NCBI GenBank assembly: GCA_964623775.1
Contig: CAZUVH010000002.1
Span: forward strand, 176,454-235,310
Source of the DNA: an uncultured Candidatus Saccharibacteria bacterium
GTDB lineage: Bacteria > Patescibacteriota > Minisyncoccia > Phycocordibacterales > UBA2100
DNA length: 58,857 bases
Direction: 5' to 3'
The position numbers and the translations under genes are program-made. Below are positions 16,155 through 24,559 of the stretch, one piece after another. Positions within the stretch are counted from its first letter, which is position 1, and each line of letters opens with the position of its first letter. A model generated the notes under the pieces. It searched no databases. It was given only the letters and a program-made list of their open reading frames with translations, and was not told where the DNA came from.

Positions 16155-17421
16155 GCATAACGCTTATCTCCGCAACGGCGTGCAGTGCGCTTTGAAACGC
16201 CCCCTCTACCGTAGCCATCGAGCCGCCTTTTGTAAGCGCCTCACCGCAAAAAAAGATGCGGTCATTGACCGGTTTCAAAAGCTCATCGACCGCGGCATCG
16301 CTTTCCGGCGTCATATAGCTGTACGACCCGCGTGTATAGGGATCCTTTTGCCAGTTAGCCACTTTGTAATGCACGAGTTCTTCGCGTAGCGTCTCGATAT
16401 TGATATTAAAAATATTTGACAGCGACTTGAGTGCTACGTCGCAGATTTCTTCGTCGGTATCATCTCGAAGTTCCAGCGCCCTCGGCCTGGACGTCCACCC
16501 TGTCAACACCACGCGAGGTTCTGGGTACTGTGTCCACCACGTTGGCACCTTTTCCTTTGAAATAAGGAAAAAGAGTCGTTCGAAAATATTTTCCCGCACT
16601 CCCGCCCACCATTTTGTCTTAAATCGAAGAAGTATCTTTATGATCGCGCCAAAACCAATCTTTTCGATAGCAGCAATTTTCTCTGGGAGAGCAGGTGAGA
16701 ATTGGATCGTCCGAATGAGAGGGAGTGGCACTGTCACGAGCACTTTGCGAGCAAGATACACCGAGTCGTCATTACATCGTACAGAGAGGACCTCATCTGT
16801 ATGATCGATGCCGCGTACATAAGCGCTGAGGATAATGCGGGCGCCGTTTTTCTCACACTCGCGCCTCAAATACCGCACGAGCGCCCCATACCCCTCTTTG
16901 AGATTTCGCTGCAGTGCATCTTCTTGATGCAGCATTTCATTGCGAAAGCCGAAAGTACTCATGTGCTTAGGGTCGGCTGTGTCATACCCTTCCACCCAAC
17001 GACACACATAATCACGCAACTGGGCATGCTCCTCACCCGGAAAATGGGTATCAAGAAATTCCGATACCGGCATATCGTGATCGACTTTTTTCAGAGCCTC
17101 TATGAGCTGCGGGTCGTTGGGCGTATTGTCTTCGATCTTTTTCGGCTCGCCATCACGCACACTCCACCACTCCGTGGGGTGAGTGAGCGTGAGTCCCGCC
17201 TCTGCAATAATTCCGCACGTAATTGGCGCTTCGCCATGCACGAATTCGGCACCTCCCTGAGCTTCATAGCCGAAATCTTCTGCGGAAAGCGGAAATATAC
17301 GACCACCGACACGATCACGCGCTTCAAGTATCAAGACTTTCCTACCAACCTTTGAAAGCTCGCGTGCCGCGAGTAATCCTGACGCCCCCGCGCCGACAAT
17401 AATGACGTCTGCACGCTCCAT
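16129..17421 (-). CDS. flavin-containing amine oxidase family protein
   Basis: 430 aa. VIIVGAGASGLLAARELSKVGRKVLILEARDRVGGRI is the classic amine oxidase FAD fold. Confidence 0.85.
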   Translation of the reverse strand: MERADVIIVGAGASGLLAARELSKVGRKVLILEARDRVGGRIFPLSAEDFGYEAQGGAEFVHGEAPITCGIIAEAGLTLTHPTEWWSVRDGEPKKIEDNTPNDPQLIEALKKVDHDMPVSEFLDTHFPGEEHAQLRDYVCRWVEGYDTADPKHMSTFGFRNEMLHQEDALQRNLKEGYGALVRYLRRECEKNGARIILSAYVRGIDHTDEVLSVRCNDDSVYLARKVLVTVPLPLIRTIQFSPALPEKIAAIEKIGFGAIIKILLRFKTKWWAGVRENIFERLFFLISKEKVPTWWTQYPEPRVVLTGWTSRPRALELRDDTDEEICDVALKSLSNIFNINIETLREELVHYKVANWQKDPYTRGSYSYMTPESDAAVDELLKPVNDRIFFCGEALTKGGSMATVEGAFQSALHAVAEISVMQNKTPPPH

Positions 17422-17427
17422 GGGACT

Positions 17428-17436
17428 ATCCTATCA
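17428..17436 (-). promoter_or_regulatory. extended -10 (TGaTAGGAT) 6 nt before the ATG at 17421; leaderless design
   Basis: Minus strand reads TGATAGGAT, agtccc, ATG. Confidence 0.5.
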
Positions 17437-17444
17437 AACAGCTA

Positions 17445-17960
17445 TTACTTAAACGTGAGCGATCCGCCGCCCTTGAGGCTGAGAACCATTTCGCCTTTCG
17501 AAGTGAAGTAGAATTGCTCGGCCTTGCTCAAGAGTCCGGTGAAGACTGCTTCTTGCGATCCCTCGCACGCCTTTTCCGTCATCGTCATGTCGCCGAATTG
17601 CACCACACCGCTTTTTGCAGCGAAGAGTCCGCCGCCAGAATTGCAGTCTGTGGTTACTGTGTATTTACCCGCGTTGAAATCGAAGGAAAGTGTAAACGGC
17701 TTCTCGCCCACGAGCGCGATCTTGCTGCCGGACTTGTCTTTGGCACTGACCCAGCCCCAGGTCTTCATACCAAGATACATGTTTTCGGGATCGACGGTAC
17801 CGCCCGTATTCTCATCGACAATTGGCGTGAGGGTAACCATCTGTTCGTCGGCGGCCTTCTTGCCGCCTGAGACGTAGAGGCTGAGGAGGTATAACACCGC
17901 GATAAGAACAATAATTACACCGATACTATAATGGAGCTGCGAATCTTTTTTGTGAGTCAT
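17445..17960 (-). CDS. membrane-anchored META domain protein (HslJ-like)
   Basis: 171 aa. N-terminal TM. TTDCNSGGGLF..TMTEKACEG matches the META domain Cys pattern. Confidence 0.7.
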   Translation of the reverse strand: MTHKKDSQLHYSIGVIIVLIAVLYLLSLYVSGGKKAADEQMVTLTPIVDENTGGTVDPENMYLGMKTWGWVSAKDKSGSKIALVGEKPFTLSFDFNAGKYTVTTDCNSGGGLFAAKSGVVQFGDMTMTEKACEGSQEAVFTGLLSKAEQFYFTSKGEMVLSLKGGGSLTFK

Positions 17961-17966
17961 ACATTA

Positions 17967-17975
17967 AAAGTAGCA
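17967..17975 (-). promoter_or_regulatory. extended -10 (TGcTACTTT) 6 nt before the ATG at 17960; leaderless design
   Basis: Minus strand reads TGCTACTTT, taatgt, ATG. Confidence 0.45.
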
Positions 17976-18105
17976 TCCTCTAGGGGGCGAATGTAAGGGG
18001 TGGGGATAACTCCTACCTACCGGCAGGCAGGTTTTCATGAGGCGAGACACTTGAATTTTTACAAATTCGTGATAGAAAGTGATTCGGACAACATGGAGGC
18101 ACGCG

Positions 18106-18378
18106 ATGGATGCTCGCGAAGAAATTATCAGTCGGGAAGACTTCCGACTAAGGCTCAATCAGATCAGGGAGAAAGCCTGTCTCAATAACAAGTCATTCGT
18201 TACGATTCTCCCAGAGGCTCTCAAAAAGCACAGTGAGGAGAAGTACCGCTGTATGGGGCCGGGCATACTTGCACTCTGGCTCGTCGGGATCTGCGCACCG
18301 TATCCCAGCGTCCGAGGCGAAATCCTTGCTGTCGCGGAAGCGGTCGCAAGCGACAAGCCAGGCAATACGAGGAACTGA
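18106..18378 (+). CDS. hypothetical 90-aa protein (possible HTH at the N-terminus)
   Basis: Start moved to the ATG at 18106, which has GGAGG 6 nt upstream. FRLRLNQIREKACLNNKSF is vaguely Xre-like. Confidence 0.45.
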   Translation: MDAREEIISREDFRLRLNQIREKACLNNKSFVTILPEALKKHSEEKYRCMGPGILALWLVGICAPYPSVRGEILAVAEAVASDKPGNTRN

Positions 18379-18382
18379 TCAG

Positions 18383-18598
18383 ATGCTGCAGCGATATTCA
18401 TTTGCGATCTGGTACCTGGTGATCGTCGGCGGCATCGCCCTCATTGCTACAGTATTCACCTCTTGGGCGCACCCGATCGTCCCCCTCTTCGGTCTTCTGA
18501 TGGTGATCGGCGCTGTCACGTATGCAATTCTCTTCATCAAGAAGGGCCCGATTGCTATACGGCGCAAGCCCCGCAAGTGTAGACGATGCTCTTTTTGA
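18383..18598 (+). CDS. 71-aa two-TM membrane protein with a basic Cys-containing tail
   Basis: ATG at 18383 with GAGGA 9 nt upstream. Two hydrophobic helices, then RRKPRKCRRCSF. Confidence 0.55.
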   Translation: MLQRYSFAIWYLVIVGGIALIATVFTSWAHPIVPLFGLLMVIGAVTYAILFIKKGPIAIRRKPRKCRRCSF

Positions 18599-18603
18599 AA
18601 TCC

Positions 18604-18636
18604 AAACAACCCGCTCCAGCGGGTTGTTTCTTTTCT
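18604..18636 (+). terminator. intrinsic terminator (copy 1 of a duplicated terminator module)
   Basis: AAACAACCCGC-TCCA-GCGGGTTGTTT followed by CTTTTCT. Confidence 0.8.
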
Positions 18637-18691
18637 GGCAAAAAACAATTATTGATGTAAAGTGTCGCCAGTTTCCACAACATGGGACGGA

Positions 18692-18955
18692 ATGAACATG
18701 AGTCGTCATCTGACCAGCTCTGCAATTCTACTCGCCATTATCGGGGTCGCCGCAATCGCCTACCCCCTCGTGAGCGGGTCTCACTCGCCTGCCATACCGT
18801 TTGTGATGATGGGTGGTTTTCTCGCGATCTGCGTAAGTGTCGCCCTGATCCCGATTGCGAGGATGCGTGAATTTCGCGCCTACTCGCCTACTTCCACCCG
18901 GAAGGATGCGGGCACGTGCGACGACTGCAATCACCATCACAAAAACGAAAAATAA
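18692..18955 (+). CDS. 87-aa two-TM membrane protein with a Cys/His-rich tail
   Basis: The start is ambiguous (GTG 18662, ATG 18692 or ATG 18698). Two hydrophobic helices, then CDDCNHHHKNEK. Confidence 0.5.
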   Translation: MNMSRHLTSSAILLAIIGVAAIAYPLVSGSHSPAIPFVMMGGFLAICVSVALIPIARMREFRAYSPTSTRKDAGTCDDCNHHHKNEK

Positions 18956-18966
18956 CACACCTTCCC

Positions 18967-18996
18967 AACAACCCGCTCCGGCGGGTTGTTCCTTTT
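18967..18996 (+). terminator. intrinsic terminator (copy 2, 23/24 identical to 18605-18628)
   Basis: AACAACCCGC-TCCG-GCGGGTTGTT followed by CCTTTT. Confidence 0.8.
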
Positions 18997-19004
18997 AATA
19001 TTAG

Positions 19005-19030
19005 AAAGCCCCGAAACTTGTCGGGGCTTT
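19005..19030. terminator. hairpin terminator serving the convergent 19046 gene
   Basis: AAAGCCCCGA-AACTTG-TCGGGGCTTT. Confidence 0.6.
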
Positions 19031-19045
19031 GCTGCGTTTGGCGGC

Positions 19046-19258
19046 TTACTTGTCGGCCCAGATAAAAACCAGGCAGACAATCAGAACAATGATGAAAATA
19101 ATTTGCATGCCACCTAGGAACCAGAGTCCGAGACCGACTACGAGTACCCGTGCGACATCGCTTTCCGGGCCAATAATGGCATATGCTGCCCACCAAACCC
19201 AGATAGGCCAGAGGCAAACCGCGACCGCCGCGGCCGAACTCCACATTTTTTTGATCAT
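19046..19258 (-). CDS. 70-aa two-TM membrane protein, hypothetical
   Basis: Trp-rich hydrophobic sequence WPIWVWWAAYAIIG..IIFIIVLIVCLVFIW. Confidence 0.55.
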   Translation of the reverse strand: MIKKMWSSAAAVAVCLWPIWVWWAAYAIIGPESDVARVLVVGLGLWFLGGMQIIFIIVLIVCLVFIWADK

Positions 19259-19328
19259 TTCACTCTCCTATAGGGGACTCTCCGAGCAAAGTATTACTAC
19301 CTTTCTGATGCATAGTCAACGAAGCAAA

Positions 19329-20741
19329 TCATCGGTAATCCTCGTAGGTGACAGTGACGGGCTTCTCGAGGACGACCTCGGAGGCGTAGTTGGCGATATA
19401 TTGAAGACCTGTCTTGATCGCGCCCTGCGCCTCCACGCGGCGGGCAGAAGCGTAGCTGAAACATGAGAGGAGGAATCGCACTTTGCCTACCGCGTGCATA
19501 CGCCGAGCTATATTCGTGTCCTCGCCATAAAAGACGATACTCGTATCGAACCCGCCGATCTTTTCAAGCGCACTCCGCTTCAGCGCAAAATTCCCTCCTT
19601 GCGCCATGTATCCCGTCACCCAATACGCCGGCATCGCGAAAATCCAGTACGCCCACATCATGAGTCCCCCGATCTTACTGATGTCGTAATAAATATGTGG
19701 ACCACTCACGCACACTACTTTCTCATCAGCGATAGCGGCGTCGAGTACGCGACGGATCAAACCACGCCTCATGATCACATCGGCATCGACATTAAAGATC
19801 CACTCGCCGCGCGAGAGCCTGAAGCCGTGCTGCCTCGCATGCGTGAGTCCCTTTTGCGATTCATTGGCTACGATGACGCCGTGGAAACTTTTTGCCACAT
19901 GCTCAGTCTGATCGGTGCTCGCGTTGTTGACCACGATCACCTCTGCGTTATGGACACCGCGCTCGATATCGAGGAGAGTCGATTGCAGGCACGCGCCGAT
20001 GTACGCCTCTTCGTTGTGCGCCGGAATGACGATGCTGATCGAGGGATCCCGCTGTCGTTTTTTTACACGCAAAGAGCGCATGCGGATGATCTGGAGGCCC
20101 GCGCCGAAGACACCGACCTGCCCGAAAATATGCTTCATCATACGTATATCGCCTTTCACGCCGCTCCAAAAGCCGTACTTCTCTGATTTGAGTGGGCTGC
20201 GCACAGATTTCCAATCGACAATGCAGATCCTACTCTGCTGTTCGATGAGGATGCGATTGAGGAAGACTTCGAGGCCGAATCCCGTGATTGTGCGTATCTT
20301 TTCGATCTCACTTTTTATGAGCGCCTTTGGAAAGACGCGCTCCCCCGAGATGTAATCGAGTCCGATCATCTTCCACGGCCACGGTGTGTTGCCGCGCAGC
20401 GAGATCGTGACATCGGCAAAACCATTGGTCACCGGCTCGATGAGCTGCGTGATCGTTTGTGGCGTTACATTCTGCAGATCGGCGTCGAGGAAAAAAAGGT
20501 GCGTGCCGGTCGCGGCCTTGATGCCGTCGTATACTGCTCCGCTTTTTCCCGTATTCTTCTCGTGTCGGATGAGATGGATGTTACCGCCAAGTGACTGTAC
20601 AAAATCACCCGTCCCGTCTTTGGAGCAGTCGTCTATCACGATCACTTCTTTAATGAGCGGATGATCTTTTACGGCGGCAAGCACACCGCCGATATTTTTT
20701 TGTTCATTGTACGCGGGGATTATGCAGGAAACTTCGTTCAT
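19329..20741 (-). CDS. fused double glycosyltransferase family 2 protein
   Basis: Start moved to the ATG at 20741, which overlaps the dedA stop (ATGA). There are two GT2 cores: IIPAYNEQKNI..VIDDCSKDGT and IVIPAHNEEAYI..VVNNASTDQT. Confidence 0.85.
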   Translation of the reverse strand: MNEVSCIIPAYNEQKNIGGVLAAVKDHPLIKEVIVIDDCSKDGTGDFVQSLGGNIHLIRHEKNTGKSGAVYDGIKAATGTHLFFLDADLQNVTPQTITQLIEPVTNGFADVTISLRGNTPWPWKMIGLDYISGERVFPKALIKSEIEKIRTITGFGLEVFLNRILIEQQSRICIVDWKSVRSPLKSEKYGFWSGVKGDIRMMKHIFGQVGVFGAGLQIIRMRSLRVKKRQRDPSISIVIPAHNEEAYIGACLQSTLLDIERGVHNAEVIVVNNASTDQTEHVAKSFHGVIVANESQKGLTHARQHGFRLSRGEWIFNVDADVIMRRGLIRRVLDAAIADEKVVCVSGPHIYYDISKIGGLMMWAYWIFAMPAYWVTGYMAQGGNFALKRSALEKIGGFDTSIVFYGEDTNIARRMHAVGKVRFLLSCFSYASARRVEAQGAIKTGLQYIANYASEVVLEKPVTVTYEDYR

Positions 20742-21343
20742 GGTATTTCGGGGTCTTTGTCTTTCTGACGCCTTACATACATATAATACCCGACGATACA
20801 GATGATGAGGAGGAGGATGAGCGAACCTTTTTCGAGATAGGAATTGAGCAGCACGTACTGATGCCCGATGAAATATCCAATGAGTGTAAAGACGAGTGAT
20901 TTCGGGAGCGTGCCGAGGAGGTTGTACCAGAGGAATTTCCAAATGGGCATTTCAGCGGCACCAGCCGCGACCAGGATGATGAAGCCCGCAGAATGCGTCC
21001 ACTTACCAAAGAGGATGGTCTTGCCGCCCCTCTGGTGAAATTGCTCTTCGAGTGCAGCGAGTTTTGCCTGATCCAACTTGATATGCGGACCCCAGCGCAC
21101 CAAGAGAGGCTTGCCCCACCTGCCGAGTGCATAGTATGCAAGATCGCCCACCAGGTCGCTCGCGACCACGACGAGGTATACGGCATATATATTGAGGTAG
21201 CCTTGCGAGGCCAAGAGTGCCGCGATGATCGTAATGATCGGGCCCTCGAGCGCCGCGATCGGGAAAAGGAATATGTAGCCATACTGCTGGAGCAATATGA
21301 AAATAGTGGCAAGACCGGGAATCATTGTGTAGCAGTTTACCAT
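20738..21343 (-). CDS. DedA family (SNARE-associated) membrane protein
   Basis: Start set at the ATG at 21343, with AAGGA upstream. YGYIFLFPIAALEGPIITIIAALLAS..DLVGDLAYYALGRWG. Confidence 0.85.
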   Translation of the reverse strand: MVNCYTMIPGLATIFILLQQYGYIFLFPIAALEGPIITIIAALLASQGYLNIYAVYLVVVASDLVGDLAYYALGRWGKPLLVRWGPHIKLDQAKLAALEEQFHQRGGKTILFGKWTHSAGFIILVAAGAAEMPIWKFLWYNLLGTLPKSLVFTLIGYFIGHQYVLLNSYLEKGSLILLLIICIVGYYMYVRRQKDKDPEIP

Positions 21344-21382
21344 TTTGTCCTTGTGCCGATTGGTGTAAAAGAATCTCCAGAG

Positions 21383-21388
21383 TAGTAT
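21383..21388 (+). promoter_or_regulatory. -10 hexamer TAGTAT 6 nt before the ATG at 21395; leaderless design
   Basis: TAGTAT, then gccttt, then ATG. Confidence 0.4.
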
Positions 21389-21394
21389 GCCTTT

Positions 21395-22660
21395 ATGCAG
21401 GTAAAAGCTTCTCAAGCAGGTGAGGAAATATGGGACATCGCCGTGATCGGCGGAGGTCCTGCTGGGATGATGGCTGCCGGGAGGGCTGCGGAGCTCGGTG
21501 CCAAAGTCGTCTTGATCGAGAAAAATAGATCGCTCGGCAAAAAGCTCCTCATCACCGGCGGCGGCAGGTGCAATGTGACCAATGCCGAATTGGACAATCG
21601 GAAATTTCTCGCGAAATTCCGGGACAGCGGCAAATTCCTCGCCTCACCATTTTCCCAGTGGAGCGTGCAGAAAACGCTCGATTTTTTCCACGCGCGCAAC
21701 ATGCCGACCAAAGTGGAGGCTGAGCAACGTGTCTTCCCTCTTTCAAATACTGCGCAGTCCGTATGGGATACGCTAGTCGGGTACATGAGGGAGCACAATG
21801 TCACTGTGATTTCAAACGCTCCTGTCACGAAGCTTCATACAGAGGGTGAGAAAATCTCGACCGTCGAGATTCGTGGAGGCCAGACCATCCATGCCAAATC
21901 ATTCATCCTCGCGACCGGCGGCACATCGCATCCGGAGACCGGCTCGACGGGCGACGGCTACGCGTGGCTGCGTGCCCTCGGTCACTCAGTATCCGAGGCA
22001 AGCGCTGCGCTCGTGCCGCTCGCGCTCAAAGATCCCGCAAAAGATGCTGCGGGTGTCAGTGTGCGCAATGCGAAAATTACACTTTTTCAAAATGAGGTGC
22101 GGCAGGCGCAGAATGTCGGGAAGATTCTTTTCACACATGTCGGGCTCTCAGGCCCCGCAATTCTCAACATGAGCCGCGAGATCGGCGAGCTTCTCAAATA
22201 CGGCGACGTCATTATCGAGATTGATCTCTTGCCTGACATGGGATACGAAAAGGTAAATGCGGCGCTGCAGGATACTTTCAAGATCAATAGTAATAAAAAG
22301 CTCAGAAATTCTCTCAAAGGTCTCATTGCTCCGGCACTCGTGACCGCAGTGCTTGAAAAAGTGGAGATCGACGGGGAGACTGCGTGCAACAGCGTGACGC
22401 GCAATGCGCGCGTGCGACTGATGAAAACACTCAAGCACCTTCGATTTGAAGTAAAAAATTTGCTCGGTATGGAAAAGGCCGTCATCACCGCCGGCGGCGT
22501 ATCGCTTACCGAAGTCGATTTCAAAACGATGCGATCGACCAAATACAATAATCTCTACCTCGTCGGCGACATCCTCAATATCGACCGCCCGTCGGGAGGC
22601 TATTCGCTCCAGCTGTGCTGGACCACCGGCTTCGTCGCCGGTTCATCTGCCGCTCGCTAA
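21395..22660 (+). CDS. NAD(P)/FAD-dependent oxidoreductase, HI0933/YhiN-like flavoprotein
   Basis: 421 aa. DIAVIGGGPAGMMAAGRAAELGAKVVLIEKN and the family motif GGGRCNVTN. Confidence 0.85.
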   Translation: MQVKASQAGEEIWDIAVIGGGPAGMMAAGRAAELGAKVVLIEKNRSLGKKLLITGGGRCNVTNAELDNRKFLAKFRDSGKFLASPFSQWSVQKTLDFFHARNMPTKVEAEQRVFPLSNTAQSVWDTLVGYMREHNVTVISNAPVTKLHTEGEKISTVEIRGGQTIHAKSFILATGGTSHPETGSTGDGYAWLRALGHSVSEASAALVPLALKDPAKDAAGVSVRNAKITLFQNEVRQAQNVGKILFTHVGLSGPAILNMSREIGELLKYGDVIIEIDLLPDMGYEKVNAALQDTFKINSNKKLRNSLKGLIAPALVTAVLEKVEIDGETACNSVTRNARVRLMKTLKHLRFEVKNLLGMEKAVITAGGVSLTEVDFKTMRSTKYNNLYLVGDILNIDRPSGGYSLQLCWTTGFVAGSSAAR

Positions 22661-22869
22661 TCGTGCTTCACAAATGACGGCTCGGGCGGGATCAGGAATA
22701 TCAAAATGATATAAGCGATCACTCCAGGGAAAATACCGGTGAAGATAACGATAAGTACCCAGAGTACGCGGATCGCGACCGGATCGACATTGAAATATTC
22801 ACCGATACCGCCGCAAATGCCCGCGATTACCCTGTTCTTCGTGCTTCTGTAGAGACGTTTTGGTTCCAT
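22657..22869 (-). CDS. PspC domain membrane protein
   Basis: 70 aa. RVIAGICGGIGEYFNVDPVAIRVLWV. Confidence 0.8.
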   Translation of the reverse strand: MEPKRLYRSTKNRVIAGICGGIGEYFNVDPVAIRVLWVLIVIFTGIFPGVIAYIILIFLIPPEPSFVKHD

Positions 22870-22875
22870 AGCCCC

Positions 22876-22884
22876 ATTCTACCA
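22876..22884 (-). promoter_or_regulatory. extended -10 (TGgTAGAAT) 6 nt before the ATG at 22869; leaderless design
   Basis: Minus strand reads TGGTAGAAT, ggggct, ATG. Confidence 0.5.
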
Positions 22885-22900
22885 TTTTCGATCCTTAAAA

Positions 22901-23320
22901 TCAGGCGTCGAAATAGTTTCTGCCATTTTTTAGTGCCTCAATATAGTTGTCCACCGCACCAAAAAGCGGCGAGGGAAGCTCATCAAGGTCGTACCAATTC
23001 CAGCTCTCTACCTTCTCAGGCTCCCTGACGCTCGGCTCGCCCGATTTCCAATCCGCCACAAGACCGATATCTACGTAGTGTTTGGGCGCATACTGTGTCA
23101 GATTCGAAATGCAGAGAAGTCGGATATTCTCGATTTCGACGCCAGTCTCTTCGAGCGTCTCCCGCCTGGCACATGTATCAAGTGATTCCATGTGTTCGAG
23201 ATGCCCGCCGGTTCCACCATACTCCGCATCTCCATGGGAACCCCTTCGTTTGCCGAGAAGAACTTTCCCGTCTTTCATCACCATCACGCCGATCCCGACC
23301 AGCGGCTTCATGCCGAGCAT
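22901..23320 (-). CDS. NUDIX hydrolase
   Basis: 139 aa. Nudix box GGHLEHMESLDTCARRETLEETGV. Confidence 0.85.
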   Translation of the reverse strand: MLGMKPLVGIGVMVMKDGKVLLGKRRGSHGDAEYGGTGGHLEHMESLDTCARRETLEETGVEIENIRLLCISNLTQYAPKHYVDIGLVADWKSGEPSVREPEKVESWNWYDLDELPSPLFGAVDNYIEALKNGRNYFDA

Positions 23321-23337
23321 TGTAACATTTTCACTTT

Positions 23338-23374
23338 CTAAAAAAGATGGGGCCCTGACAAATAGTCAGGGCCC
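23338..23374 (-). terminator. intrinsic terminator after the vWA gene
   Basis: GGGCCCTGAC-AAATA-GTCAGGGCCC. The minus strand is followed by CATCTTTTTT. Confidence 0.8.
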
Positions 23375-23390
23375 GTGCCGCGTCAGCGGC

Positions 23391-24467
23391 TTACCGATCG
23401 AGATCAACCTCATAGAGGAAACGGGTACCGTCCACAAGTTTCCGATTGTACGACGTGCTCTGCACGAATACATCATACAGATCGAGATCAGCCGGACGGA
23501 TGCGGCCGCGCGTACCGTGCGGCAGTCCGATCATGTTGCGTGCTTCATCGCCGGTGAACATATCGCCGGTGAACTTGTCGCGTAGTACGACCTCCTTCTT
23601 CTCCTGCACGGTCTCTGTTTTCGTGAATTCGTAAAAGCCGCGACCCTTCTTGAATTCGAGGCCATTTTTTTCCACGAATCTCTTAATGTCACAGCCGTGA
23701 TCGACATCAAGAATTTGGAACCGCCCCGGGGATACCGGATGGAGTCCCGACTTGACCGGCTTGAAACGCTCAGAAGTTTTGCGACCCGCAAGGACGCTGA
23801 ACGAGCGATCCAGTGTGCGGTTCATACGGCCGGCGCTCTCGACCTGCTTCTCAAAACGAGCCAGCGGCTCCTGGCCCATCTGCTGATAGCAGATCGCCAT
23901 GATGAGATCGGTCACCTCGTCGAATTGATCGAGCGTCAGGTGGTAGCCGCCGGTCATCGCCGCAAGCTCCCGATAGAACGGCGTCGCGTGACTCTTGCTC
24001 AGGCATTGGACCGTGTAGACGACGACACCCATGTCGCGCAGCTTCTCCGCTTCCTTGCGCCAGTCGAGCCGAAGCGTGTTCTGGCGGTCGTTTGCCGGAT
24101 GCGGCACTTCGTCGCCGCACATCACGAGCACCTTTTTGGCGTTGACGCTCCAACTCAGCTTTTGCGCTTCGTGAAGGACGCGCTCATAGCACTCGGGCGC
24201 GTCGCCGCCGCCGGTGTAGCCGACATTGCGGACGAACTTCGTCAGTCCATGCAGGTCAGTCGTGAGATCAAGCCACTTGGTGACGTAGGTGGTACCCGCA
24301 TCACAATAGTCGCCGTGAGCGCCGATGCCGATCGCAAGGTTCGGAATTTCTTTCAGCAAGGGTGCGAACGTACCCTCCACGTTGCGTTGAACGCGCGCAA
24401 TGCACGGTCGCATCGAGCCTGTTGTGTCTTTCGTGAAGACCACTTCGATTCTCTGAGCCTCGGACAA
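23391..24467 (-). CDS. von Willebrand factor A (vWA) domain protein with an uncharacterised C-terminal half
   Basis: 358 aa. TTG start with GGAG 8 nt upstream. MIDAS-like VVFTKDTTGSM; GGGDAPE and VLVMCGD strands. The C-terminal ~150 aa is unassigned. Confidence 0.65.
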   Translation of the reverse strand: MSEAQRIEVVFTKDTTGSMRPCIARVQRNVEGTFAPLLKEIPNLAIGIGAHGDYCDAGTTYVTKWLDLTTDLHGLTKFVRNVGYTGGGDAPECYERVLHEAQKLSWSVNAKKVLVMCGDEVPHPANDRQNTLRLDWRKEAEKLRDMGVVVYTVQCLSKSHATPFYRELAAMTGGYHLTLDQFDEVTDLIMAICYQQMGQEPLARFEKQVESAGRMNRTLDRSFSVLAGRKTSERFKPVKSGLHPVSPGRFQILDVDHGCDIKRFVEKNGLEFKKGRGFYEFTKTETVQEKKEVVLRDKFTGDMFTGDEARNMIGLPHGTRGRIRPADLDLYDVFVQSTSYNRKLVDGTRFLYEVDLDR

Positions 24468-24559
24468 TCTCGTATCTCCTCTGTGTTGTAAGGAACAGTC
24501 CCCAACCGCCTTGGTTGGATGCGCTACCGTAACACAAATATCAAGGATTGGCTAGTGCC

